IMG/VR virus record: IMGVR_UViG_3300030044_000011
Reading direction: 5' to 3' (one strand)
Origin: a virus
Length of the DNA: 64,000 nucleotides
Part shown: positions 1-8,357 of the stretch, piece by piece
Layout: every line of letters starts with the position of its first letter
How positions within the stretch are numbered: position 1 is the first letter of the stretch
Translations under genes and position numbers: made by a program
The notes under the pieces: generated by a model
Database searches by the model: none
The model's input: the letters and a program-made list of their open reading frames with translations, nothing else
Told to the model about the DNA's origin: nothing

Positions 1-249
1 TTGGCGAAAACGTAGCTGTCAATCTTCTCAACGACTCGCGTAACCAAATCCTTTTCTTCCATGGGGTTCTCCAAAACCTATGGCGGTTTACGGACTCCGC
101 CAAACGACCTGACTTATAGCTCAGGCAGCGTTCCGGCAGCTAACGGGTCGCCGAACGGACTCGGCCAGTTTAACCACACTGGCATGGAGTGCTGAGTTCC
201 CACATCCAAACAACGGGGCATTTGGTACCCCATGTGGTTCATCAGCAAT

Positions 250-326
250 TGGTTGCGGAACTCGGCCCCGACCCGAGCGGTTTCTAGCTTATGAGGCTAG
301 TGAGACTCCCTTTCTCCATTTCCGCG
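250..326 (-). tRNA. tRNA-Met(CAT), initiator-like, atypical T-loop
   Basis: Cloverleaf; C1xA72 mismatch; anticodon arm CTAGC-CTCATAA-GCTAG; T-loop GTCGGGG; encoded CCA. Confidence 0.75.
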
Positions 327-450
327 TCTTGTTGTGTGGACTTTGCCTACCACACAGATTTCATTTCCTCTGCTCACAATACATCGAACAGAAGTGGCGT
401 TCATCAAACGCCGTACTCGTTGTGAAGGGCTGCTTGCAGGTCAGGCTCAG

Positions 451-723
451 CTATTCCCGCAACCTCACAAGGCGCGGATCATCTTCTGCATTATCAACCA
501 GCTTTGCGCGAGTCTGCGGTCCGTCCTCCACATTCTGCATCCTTCTTCCATGCATCCCGCTCGCAATCAGAAGCCGCCTAAGCTCCCTCCATTGCTCAAG
601 CTCTTGGAGGTCTATTCTTGGGTTCTTCCGGACAATTTCTTCGAGATCAATCTTTGACGGCATAACGTTGCTCCTGTCGTTACATAAAGGGTCATCGACC
701 GCGTGACGGACTTGAGCCGCCAT
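451..723 (-). CDS. hypothetical protein
   Basis: 90-aa ORF with upstream AGG-rich RBS, same strand as neighbours. Confidence 0.55.
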   Translation of the reverse strand: MAAQVRHAVDDPLCNDRSNVMPSKIDLEEIVRKNPRIDLQELEQWRELRRLLIASGMHGRRMQNVEDGPQTRAKLVDNAEDDPRLVRLRE

Positions 724-854
724 ATCCTACCTCTCAGCGAGATAGTCGCTTTAATTAAGCTACCACGGTCAAACTTTGAAGGCCGTCTGATGGATTACTC
801 TACCATCAACCATCGCATTACCGACGCGGCGGGTAGGTGCGCTGAACAACGGCC

Positions 855-938
855 TTACTTGGTACAATCCTTCGCGTGTTGAGTACGCTTCCTCTTAGAG
901 GGTACTTTCTTTCCGCAAAAACCGCAAGTGTACTTCAT
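855..938 (-). CDS. small C2HC zinc-finger-like peptide (MKYTCGFCGKKVPSKRKRTQHAKDCTK)
   Basis: Manual translation; AAGGA RBS; CxxC...HxxxC. Confidence 0.5.
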   Translation of the reverse strand: MKYTCGFCGKKVPSKRKRTQHAKDCTK

Positions 939-962
939 CACGCTTCCTTCTCAAATCAAACT

Positions 963-1039
963 TGGGCGCGGGGGCTGGATTCGAACCAGCGACCTGAAGG
1001 TTATGGGCCTTCCGAGCTACCAGACTGCTCCACCCCGCA
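963..1039 (-). tRNA. tRNA-Met(CAT), fMet-like D arm
   Basis: GCGGGGTGGAGCAGTCTGGTAGCTCG; arm GAAGG-CCCATAA-CCTTC; TTCGAAT; CCA. Confidence 0.9.
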
Positions 1040-1199
1040 TATCCGGGTTCGACATTAGTCTACCCGGCTCAGAGACTTGCCTCGAATACCGCTACTTGAT
1101 TTAGCTACACACAGGCCACTAACCCAAGACAGTCGATTTGATACTTCATTCAGAGGGTCGCTCTACACACATAATACTCAAAGTCAGCTAAGTTGGCTA

Positions 1200-1706
1200 C
1201 TAAATTTTTTCGCCCTTAGCTTTCTCTTCTTCTGCTACTTCCTCATTATACTTCAAACGCTGGGCAAGTTCCTTATCCACCCACGCAATTTCCTGTGGAA
1301 ATTCTTTAAATTGTTTACGAGCCTCAGCGAGTGTCATCTTCCAAATCGGTTGAACCGTACCAACCCCACCGACATCCTTGTTCTTCCAAACCCACTGGCA
1401 GAAGGGGCTTTCTACCCAACAATGCCAATAGGTTCCTAAATCGTCACCCCAGTAGTCTTCCAACTTACAGGGCTCATCATCCGGTTCGTCTCCCCACTTG
1501 CGTTCCCAATTACAAATGAACTTGGGAAGCTTCACATGTGAGAGCCATTCGCATATGTGGGTGCAACAATCCCACGCAAAAAATTCAAGTGCAAGCCAGT
1601 ACCAAGCACACTCTTCCAAATGGATAGAGATTTCAGTGTCTTCGCCTGTGCCCCCGCCGAGCCAGAGACCTGACCAGCGACGTACTCTCCAGTTGAACAA
1701 CTTCAT
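1200..1706 (-). CDS. hypothetical Trp-rich protein
   Basis: 168-aa ORF, AAAGGA RBS. Confidence 0.7.
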   Translation of the reverse strand: MKLFNWRVRRWSGLWLGGGTGEDTEISIHLEECAWYWLALEFFAWDCCTHICEWLSHVKLPKFICNWERKWGDEPDDEPCKLEDYWGDDLGTYWHCWVESPFCQWVWKNKDVGGVGTVQPIWKMTLAEARKQFKEFPQEIAWVDKELAQRLKYNEEVAEEEKAKGEKI

Positions 1707-1721
1707 GGTTGGTTATTCCTT

Positions 1722-1821
1722 TCGGGGTACATCTTCTTCTCGGCGACTTGAAAGTTGAAAACCTTCCTTCCGATTTTCACCGTCCCGAACGGTACGCTCT
1801 GCCAGACTGAGCTACACCCCG
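1722..1821 (-). pseudogene. tRNA-Pro(CGG)-like RNA with T arm replaced by about 48 nt, no CCA
   Basis: Intact acceptor CGGGGTG/TACCCCG, D arm, and TACCG-TTCGGGA-CGGTG arm. Confidence 0.65.
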
Positions 1822-2030
1822 ATTAACCTCTTCGCATCTTCCGCCGCGTCGATGTCCTCCCAAGCCTTCGCTTGAAAGCAGTCGTCGCAGTCCACCTTCG
1901 TCTCCACAGTGTCAATCTCATGCGTGGTCACCCCTGTGCGGCCACAGTAGGTGACATGCAGCGTGGTGGGCATCCTGTACAGACCCTCGGTCGCCATCCC
2001 TGTGTAACGTTTGCGTGATAGATGCATCAT

Positions 2031-2691
2031 TTACCAAATCCCCCGTACGTAGTTTGAGTACGTCCAAACCTGTCCAGTCACGTGGTCTGTGACCTTCCCA
2101 TCCTGCTCCCGGATAGTGCGGCGTTTATCCCCCCGCTGGCCGGTGCCTATCTGCTGGCGACGGTCGGCTACTTCCTTGCCTACCTTTGCCTCTCGCTCCA
2201 ACGCTTCCAGCTTAGCACTCAGGATGATGAGAGCCAACTCTTTATTACGATACTGACTGCGTTCCGCCTCACAGCGCACCATCAACCCGCTTGGAAGATG
2301 ATGAACCCGAACTGCGGTTTCAACCTTATTGACGTTCTGCCCACCCTTACCACCACTTCGCATTGTGTCCCATTCAAGGTCTTTGGGGTCGATGCTGAAT
2401 GTTGTGGTTACCCTCTCTTCAAAGACGGCTACAGTGATTGTTGATGTCTGGCGTCGGCCTCGTCTTTCGGTCGGCGGGACTCGTTGCCACCGATGACCTC
2501 CAGACTCATTAGCAAAGACCTGCTCAACGTCTTTCCCCGTTACGCGGAATACTGCAATACCGGGTCGCGTCTCAAGAATCTCAACGCTAAAGACCCCTCC
2601 GCTGACCCAGCCTTGCATAAATAGCCAACTGGTCAGCCACTAGAAGCTTGGCGTCATCGCCACCTTCTGCTGCTCGAATTTCAACAATCAT
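2031..2691 (-). CDS. RF1-type peptide chain release factor homolog lacking domain 1, expressed via +1 frameshift at 2587-2592 (about 219 aa)
   Basis: ORF1 MIVEIRAAEGGDDAKLL.. with GGAGG RBS; ORF2 has ESGGHRWQRVPPTE (PxT), GGQ and ERSQ..NK; junction GGAGG-GGT-CTT-TAG-C. Confidence 0.9.
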
Positions 2692-2704
2692 ACTGCCTCC
2701 AAAG

Positions 2705-2781
2705 TGGTTCAGGGAGGTGGACTCGAACCACGCTATTCGTTCGACCTTATGAGGGTGAACGCCATACCATCGGACCCCTGT
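2705..2781 (-). tRNA. atypical tRNA-Met(CAT)-like RNA
   Basis: CTCATAA loop, GTGG-TTCGAGT-CCAC T arm, ACCA end; bulged anticodon stem, weak D arm. Confidence 0.6.
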
Positions 2782-2960
2782 GTAATCTGCATGGCCCCTT
2801 GGCGGGGCCATAAGCGCCCTAGACTTTCGTCCTCGGCACCGTTCGTCGCAACACTCAATAGCGTCCAACTATTGAGCACGGTATCAGCATGACTTAAATC
2901 CAACGCCCTCTGGATGAAGGCTGCACGAATTCAGCGGTCGGTTGCTGGCCTACGTTAAAT

Positions 2961-3038
2961 TGGTCGGGGTGGAGGGATTTGAACCCCCGATACCTTGCTC
3001 CCAAAGCAAGTGCGTTAGCCAGACTACGCTACACCCCG
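2961..3038 (-). tRNA. tRNA-Pro(TGG)
   Basis: Canonical cloverleaf, C1-G72, CCA. Confidence 0.95.
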
Positions 3039-3043
3039 TTGAA

Positions 3044-3152
3044 TTGCTGTGGGACTCAGACTCTAGGTGGGAACGACCCACCGCACTGTACCCCGCTTGA
3101 TAAGCAGTTGGCCGTTACCCTACTGAACCAGCACGCTCAGGCCACACAGCAA
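3044..3152 (-). ncRNA. structured ncRNA with long closing stem and tRNA-like arms (possibly Y-RNA-like)
   Basis: TTGCTGTG/CACAGCAA closing stem; GGTGG-GTCGTTC-CCACC and CTGC-TTATCAA-GCGG hairpins. Confidence 0.45.
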
Positions 3153-3155
3153 ACT

Positions 3156-3232
3156 TGGCCCCCATGGTAGGAGTTGAACCTACATCCCTCGGCCTCAACA
3201 TGCCGGTGCTCTACCGTTGAGCTACATCGGGG
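3156..3232 (-). tRNA. tRNA-Asn(GTT)-like with 8-nt anticodon loop
   Basis: Normal D and T arms, G73, CCA; loop ATGTTGAG; bulged acceptor. Confidence 0.65.
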
Positions 3233-3245
3233 ATAAATCTAAACT

Positions 3246-3322
3246 TGGTCAGCCCGGAGAGATTCGAACTCTCGACCCCACCCACCCCAAGGGTGTGCGC
3301 TACCAGACTGCGCTACGGGCTG
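3246..3322 (-). tRNA. tRNA-Pro(GGG)
   Basis: CACCC-TTGGGGT-GGGTG; CCA. Confidence 0.95.
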
Positions 3323-3345
3323 AAACTCTACAATACTACAAAACT

Positions 3346-3422
3346 TGGTCAGGGTGAGAGGATTTGAACCTCCGACTTCTCGTATCCGAAACGAGGACTC
3401 TACCAGACTGAGCTACACCCTG
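3346..3422 (-). tRNA. tRNA-Pro(CGG)
   Basis: CTCGT-TTCGGAT-ACGAG; CCA. Confidence 0.93.
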
Positions 3423-3434
3423 ATGGTAAAAACT

Positions 3435-3522
3435 TGGTCGGGGTGAAGGGACTCGAACCCTCAGTGCGCTTAAGCTCCTGTTTCCAAAACAGGTCGGCTA
3501 CCATCTACCGATTTACACCCCG
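3435..3522 (-). tRNA. tRNA-Pro(TGG) with long variable arm
   Basis: CCTGT-TTTGGAA-ACAGG; 14-nt variable region; CCA. Confidence 0.85.
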
Positions 3523-3540
3523 ATCGATTTACACCCCGAT
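3509..3540. repeat. 16-bp tandem duplication CGATTTACACCCCGAT x2 at the tRNA 5' end
   Basis: Read directly from sequence. Confidence 0.9.
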
Positions 3541-3553
3541 ACGACAACATGAA

Positions 3554-3743
3554 CACCGGGGATGAGAAAGTGGAAATTAGGGAAGTTGGAAATCAACCCT
3601 TCATCACATCCCGGCGTGGCCGCACGGGATGCTGAGGTCTCTAGTGGACTTCAGTCCCGTGCAACATAGGGCACGGTCGAAACGAACGGGTTGGTCGTGT
3701 GAAACTCATATATACATAATACACAGAAAGTCGGTAAGTTCAA
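3554..3743 (-). promoter_or_regulatory. promoter and putative attenuator of the Pro/Met tRNA array
   Basis: TTGAAC-16-TATTAT; alternative pairings 1:2, 2:3, 3:4, 4:5. Confidence 0.65.
3641..3709 (-). CDS. leader peptide MSFTRPTRSFRPCPMLHGTEVH
   Basis: ATG 6 nt after the -10 box (leaderless); Pro codons CCA, CCG, CCT. Confidence 0.65.
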   Translation of the reverse strand: MSFTRPTRSFRPCPMLHGTEVH

Positions 3744-3845
3744 ACACTATTTTTGAATATTCTCTATTTTCTTTTTCCACAGGTCGGGAGTATACTCTGA
3801 ACAGCAGGGTCATACCGACCCTCTGGATACCCATGGGAGGATAGT

Positions 3846-4106
3846 ATGAATCTTGAAGACTTCAAAAATCAACTGAGGATGGACATCCGGCGTATGCAAG
3901 CCGCGTTGGCCGCACTCGAAGGATCAGCAATGGCGGAAACCCCGAAACTATCAGCAAAGACCAAAGAGAAGATTTCCAATAGCATGAAGGCAAACTGGGC
4001 AGGTGGGCGGAAACGTACCTTATCCAAGGCTGTGAAGATCAAGATCGCGGCCTCACAACGTGCCCGTTGGGCGAAGCAGAAGGAAGCAGCAGCAGCGGCG
4101 GCGTAA
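3846..4106 (+). CDS. small basic histone-like DNA-binding protein
   Basis: GGAGG RBS; repeats KISNSMKANWA and KIAASQRARWAK. Confidence 0.75.
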   Translation: MNLEDFKNQLRMDIRRMQAALAALEGSAMAETPKLSAKTKEKISNSMKANWAGGRKRTLSKAVKIKIAASQRARWAKQKEAAAAAA

Positions 4107-4126
4107 CTTCTCTTAGGTCTTCTTAC

Positions 4127-4160
4127 CACCCCCACAGAGAGTACCTGTGGGGGTTATTTT
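4127..4160 (+). terminator. intrinsic terminator
   Basis: CCCCCACAG/CTGTGGGG hairpin followed by TTATTTT. Confidence 0.6.
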
Positions 4161-4276
4161 ATCCCGTGTCCCTTTTTGACCATACGCCTCACCAAGCATT
4201 AAGTAGACTCCGAAATAACCCGTCGTACAACCTTAACTAGGGGGTTGCATCTGATGGGATTGTAAGAGGAGGATAC

Positions 4277-4603
4277 ATGGATTTTGACGACATTGTTAAC
4301 GAACTCAGGGTTCAGCAGCGCCGGATCAATGCGGCTCTTGTTGCTCTTGTGGGGACGGCTCAGGCCGACGCTCCGGTAACACAACCTGCACCAAAGATCA
4401 CTGCAACCCCCAACCACCGTACAACCCGTCGTTCTTCAATGTCTTCAGGAGTGAAGCGGAAGATTTCGCTTGCCATGAAGCAGAACTGGGCAAGCCGGAA
4501 GCCTAAGCTCAAGTTGTCGCCGGAAATCAAGAGCAAGATTTCTTCCTCACAGAAGGCACGCTGGGCGTCGATCAAGGCAGCGGCTCAACAGATGGCAGCT
4601 TAG
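4277..4603 (+). CDS. small basic histone-like protein, paralog of 3846..4106
   Basis: GAGGAGG RBS; same repeat motif. Confidence 0.75.
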   Translation: MDFDDIVNELRVQQRRINAALVALVGTAQADAPVTQPAPKITATPNHRTTRRSSMSSGVKRKISLAMKQNWASRKPKLKLSPEIKSKISSSQKARWASIKAAAQQMAA

Positions 4604-4697
4604 CTGCTCATTCCACCAAAGTGGACTCTGACCTCCATGAGCAGCTTGCCGAGGATGTTCTCGCCTCGTGGCTCATGGGGGCCTTGCTTACATTACA

Positions 4698-5159
4698 TTA
4701 CAGAAACCGCGTCCACTCCCTCGACTTAAGCTGCCAACCCCTGTATGCCTTAATTTTCCCACTCGTAAGTTTGTGAAACTGACGGTAGCTGCTGCTGTTG
4801 ATTCGACAAAATTCTTTCAAATTACTCATCTGCACTTCTATTCCATCTGGATTAGTCAAAGTGTAGGTAACTCGATGTTTGGCGTTATGTCTAGCCTTGT
4901 CACTAAGCTGAGTCCCCTTAGCGGGGCGATTTGCTTGCAGAGCTACAAGTGTGACGGCGGGGACGGGGAGCCCTTTGTGTGACTGAGAAAGACGTTTCTT
5001 TCGAGCACCTGAAATCTTTCGCCCCTTAAGGGCTAAGCTAATTTTCTTCCCCACTTCGGGGGAGCACGAACCGGGAGCAGATTCCGTGCGCTTGGGAGGA
5101 AGCGGGATGGATGCGGTCGCGGGAGTGATTTTTGTCCACTGATACATAACTAGCTCCAA
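4698..5159 (-). CDS. NUMOD3-like DNA-binding protein or homing endonuclease remnant
   Basis: KKISLALKGRK, KRLSQSHKG motifs. Confidence 0.55.
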   Translation of the reverse strand: MELVMYQWTKITPATASIPLPPKRTESAPGSCSPEVGKKISLALKGRKISGARKKRLSQSHKGLPVPAVTLVALQANRPAKGTQLSDKARHNAKHRVTYTLTNPDGIEVQMSNLKEFCRINSSSYRQFHKLTSGKIKAYRGWQLKSREWTRFL

Positions 5160-5206
5160 GTATACAGGATGTATCCACCCCTACAATAAGGTGGATAGTC
5201 GAGTTA

Positions 5207-5704
5207 TTATGCCTGTAATTCCCTTTTACTGTATGTAGAGTAGTATTCGCGAACCTCCATGAGAATCCGACCAAGGTGGTTCAATCCCTCCGGTTCATGT
5301 GGCCCTTGTCTACAAGTCCCATCACACACCCCGAAGAATAGGTCATGCCAATTATTTCCTTCCACCAACTCCGCTGTGAAGGTTGAGATGAGTTTCCGAC
5401 GAAGAATAGTTGGGTAGAATTTCTGCATCAGCAAATCCCGCATGATGCCTATGTTCACTTCCTTCCAATCTGGCCGGAGCTTGCCACTGTCTGAAATGGC
5501 CTTACCCATGCGCTTAGCCCGACCCGCCGTTACCCCGGCGTAGAGAAACTTCTCCCGCTCTTTCAAGTTGAGTGTTTTAGCGGCCTGATACGCATGTTCG
5601 ACTGAAGGATAGGTCACTTCATCCAACACCACACTGCATGGGTAAAAGTTGGAGAGAAACCCCCACGGGTCTTTAAAACGGTCAATCAAAACGGGCAGGT
5701 CCAT
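5207..5704 (-). CDS. NADAR family protein
   Basis: FLSNFY, YPSVEHAYQAAK, LVEGNNWHDLFFG, GLNHLGRILMEVR. Confidence 0.92.
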   Translation of the reverse strand: MDLPVLIDRFKDPWGFLSNFYPCSVVLDEVTYPSVEHAYQAAKTLNLKEREKFLYAGVTAGRAKRMGKAISDSGKLRPDWKEVNIGIMRDLLMQKFYPTILRRKLISTFTAELVEGNNWHDLFFGVCDGTCRQGPHEPEGLNHLGRILMEVREYYSTYSKRELQA

Positions 5705-6114
5705 TAGTTCTTCTTTCCTGCAAGGAGCCGGTCAATCTCTCCTGCGTCATCCACATCTTTTACAATACTATGAAACACACATAGTGCATCAGTGGCTGCT
5801 GTAAAAATTCTACATATCTGTGGTCGGTCATCATAAATAGTGCAACGACCGTTCGTCCCGAGCTTTGGACAAGTGAACCATACATGAGCCCGTGTCCCCT
5901 TATGTGTGTGCCCACCAACCTCCAAGGGAATGTAGGGTAGTTTCTCCCTACGCATTGCAGCCTCGGCGTCTTTACGCCAACTATCCACCTTCCATGAGCG
6001 GTATCGACCAACAGGTGTGGTAAGCATGAACCTCTTGCAACAATGCCCCGGCTCCGGGCATACGCCACAGAGCCGATTAGCTTGATGGTCAATGATTGGG
6101 AATAGGCTACTCAA
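5704..6114 (-). CDS. YkgJ family cysteine-cluster protein
   Basis: CGVC..GHCC..CPKL..RCTIYDDRPQICR. Confidence 0.8.
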   Translation of the reverse strand: MSSLFPIIDHQANRLCGVCPEPGHCCKRFMLTTPVGRYRSWKVDSWRKDAEAAMRREKLPYIPLEVGGHTHKGTRAHVWFTCPKLGTNGRCTIYDDRPQICRIFTAATDALCVFHSIVKDVDDAGEIDRLLAGKKN

Positions 6115-6484
6115 GGGCAGTGGCGACCTCGCTAAGGAATTCTTTTGAATCGATGGCCTTGTCCAGCACCTTCACGAGGTTCAGGGGCGGGTAGTTCTTC
6201 AAAACGTTACGTACAAACGAAGGGTCTGAAGAAAACATCAACACCCGCTGTTTGTCATTATTACGGAGCACTCGTCGCATCAACTCGGCTCCATCCATGT
6301 GAGGCATAGACCAATCGCTTAGGACGAGGGTGAAGCCGTCGTTTGACCCACGGTAGGTTGCAAGCCCCTCAACCCCGTCCTGAGCCTCTACAACGTCAAA
6401 ACCAGCCCCTTTAAGGATGGTTCCGAAATACTCCCGGCAGTTCTTGTCGTCATCCACTAAAAGTACACGAGTTGATAGATTCAT
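6107..6484 (-). CDS. single-domain response regulator (REC)
   Basis: VLLVDDD, LSDWSMPHMDG. Confidence 0.9.
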   Translation of the reverse strand: MNLSTRVLLVDDDKNCREYFGTILKGAGFDVVEAQDGVEGLATYRGSNDGFTLVLSDWSMPHMDGAELMRRVLRNNDKQRVLMFSSDPSFVRNVLKNYPPLNLVKVLDKAIDSKEFLSEVATALE

Positions 6485-7444
6485 ATCCTCGGCCTCTTCA
6501 AAATAGCTTCACGCTGCTCCAGCGTCCAATACCCCAAGTCAAACTCTGCCTTCGTAATAGAGATGAATTTTGGTTGTTCATGTGCGTAGTTAAGTGAATA
6601 GCCTTCCCGGTCTTCTGTCACCCCCACGATGAATCAACCCTTTCCTGTAGCCTTGACTCCCCGTGAACGGAGAGATGAATCCAGAGACTGTTCCTTAATA
6701 GCCGCGTCGGAGAACACCAGACCATACCTATCCCCAAAGATGGCGGTAGCAAGACGTACAGCCTTGTACATATCCCGGAGGTATACCATCTCTTCGTCAG
6801 TGAGGTGGTCACCCATGGCGAACGCTTGAATAAGAGCACGAGGTTCTTTCATGCTCCATCCCGCTTCCCAGACTTTCCATCCGCAATACCGCGCTCGTAG
6901 GAGATTCGCATGGTTTGCTGAAGCACCATGTTAACGGCATCCCGAAGGCTCCGGCCAGCACCAAGCTCCATGAGAATGTAGCCGGTCCAATAGTTGAGCA
7001 ACTCGACAAAAGACATCTCTTCCAGAGTCTTTTCGTGAGACGACTTACTTGCCTTTGGCATGGGTTCCCTTCTTGGCCTCGTTGACGGCCTTGGCGACAA
7101 CACGAGTCGCCTTGGTGGTGTCACGACGGGCGTGCCCCTTGATGGGAGTGTTGCACTCAGCGCAGCGGGTGGATTTGGGCATCGTAAGTCTCCTAGTAGT
7201 TTTTGTGGGCGTCCCAGCCGCCACCTTCGTAGTCAATCTCTTCCTCGCGGTGTGAGAAACTACCCCGCAGGAGAGCCGCGTACTGCCCTGTTCGTTGTTC
7301 CTGCTTGACTGCCTTGCAGGATTTAGAGCAAAACCGAGCCCATCCGCGTTTGACATCAGCGAAACGAGCAGTGAAAGACTTACCACACTGCTTGTTCTCG
7401 CATTTACGCTCAACTCGCGTTGGCATCTATTACCTCACACACTC

Positions 7445-7484
7445 AGTATACCGGGAGTATAGAGGTTTTGGATAGTATTTTAGG
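7445..7484 (-). promoter_or_regulatory. conserved phage promoter (copies at 35231-35270 and 56586-56625)
   Basis: CCTAAAA(A/T)ACTA(G/T)C(T/C)AAAAC-N12-GGTATACT pattern. Confidence 0.7.
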
Positions 7485-7524
7485 GAATTTTTTTATGGGT
7501 AGGTAGCAAAGCAAAGTCGCACCC

Positions 7525-7938
7525 TTATTTCAGCTTATCTCGTACAACCTTATCAGGTGACAACCCATCTTGCCGGTAGTCCTCTAATAGAGCCAGAGAG
7601 TAATCGGCGATAGTAGTGTTAGAGCAATCACCCCAAACCTCAATAATCAATTCGGCGACTCTTTTATACCACGCTATCTTATCCATCTCATTCCTGACTT
7701 CACGAAGCCTATGAATGAAGGAGCGTTTGTCCAGTTCAATAGCCCCAAGCATTACAGCAACGGCACGCCTTGGTCTGAGCAAATCGTAGTGAGGGAACGA
7801 TGTCGGCTGGAACCATTGCCTCTTCATACCGATAGCATCCGCCATGGCGTGAAGCTCATCTATAGTATCCGCAATCATGTGGCAAGCATACTTCCATCGG
7901 CCATACTGTACTTAACGGATTGGATCGACATAAACCAT
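7525..7938 (-). CDS. DUF4031-like protein with in-frame TAA at codon 9
   Basis: MVYVDPIR*VQYGRWKYACHMIADTIDELHAMADAIGMKRQWFQ..PHYDL. Confidence 0.7.
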
Positions 7939-8357
7939 TAAGCAGGTATAAACGGCTGGTTCTTTTGTTCCCAGCCGTAGCAAAGATCACATTCGCAACA
8001 GAAGCCCTCTTCATCGTGCTCCTCGGCCAAATGTCCACATCTACAGACACGCCTGACGTATCGGGAGCATCCTGTGTCGTGTCCTCCCCGTAAATCGCGT
8101 TCACATTCTCCGCACTCAAGCCCCACGTGTTCTCCGAAGATGGTTCACCCACACTTGTTTCGCAGCATCCCTCATCGCGTTACGAGTGTCAATGCAGCTA
8201 TCGCAACCATAGCTTTTAGGCCCACCACCACATTCAGGACAACAGTCACAAGAGGGAATATCATCCTCAAAAGGGTCTCTGCAAAACTGACAAGCACGTC
8301 TAATGGTCACCGGCATTTTTCTTATCCCTCACACTGTAAAATTCATTACCATGCATG

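Noticed and set aside
1040-1195. Fourth attenuator ahead of tRNA-Met (promoter-like GTATTAT, short ORF MKYQIDCLGLVACV)
   Set aside because: No terminator/antiterminator pair or codon match could be identified
2587-2868. 93-aa ORF as listed in the track
   Set aside because: Its upstream part overlaps a tRNA-like gene; the real start is 2691 with a GGAGG RBS
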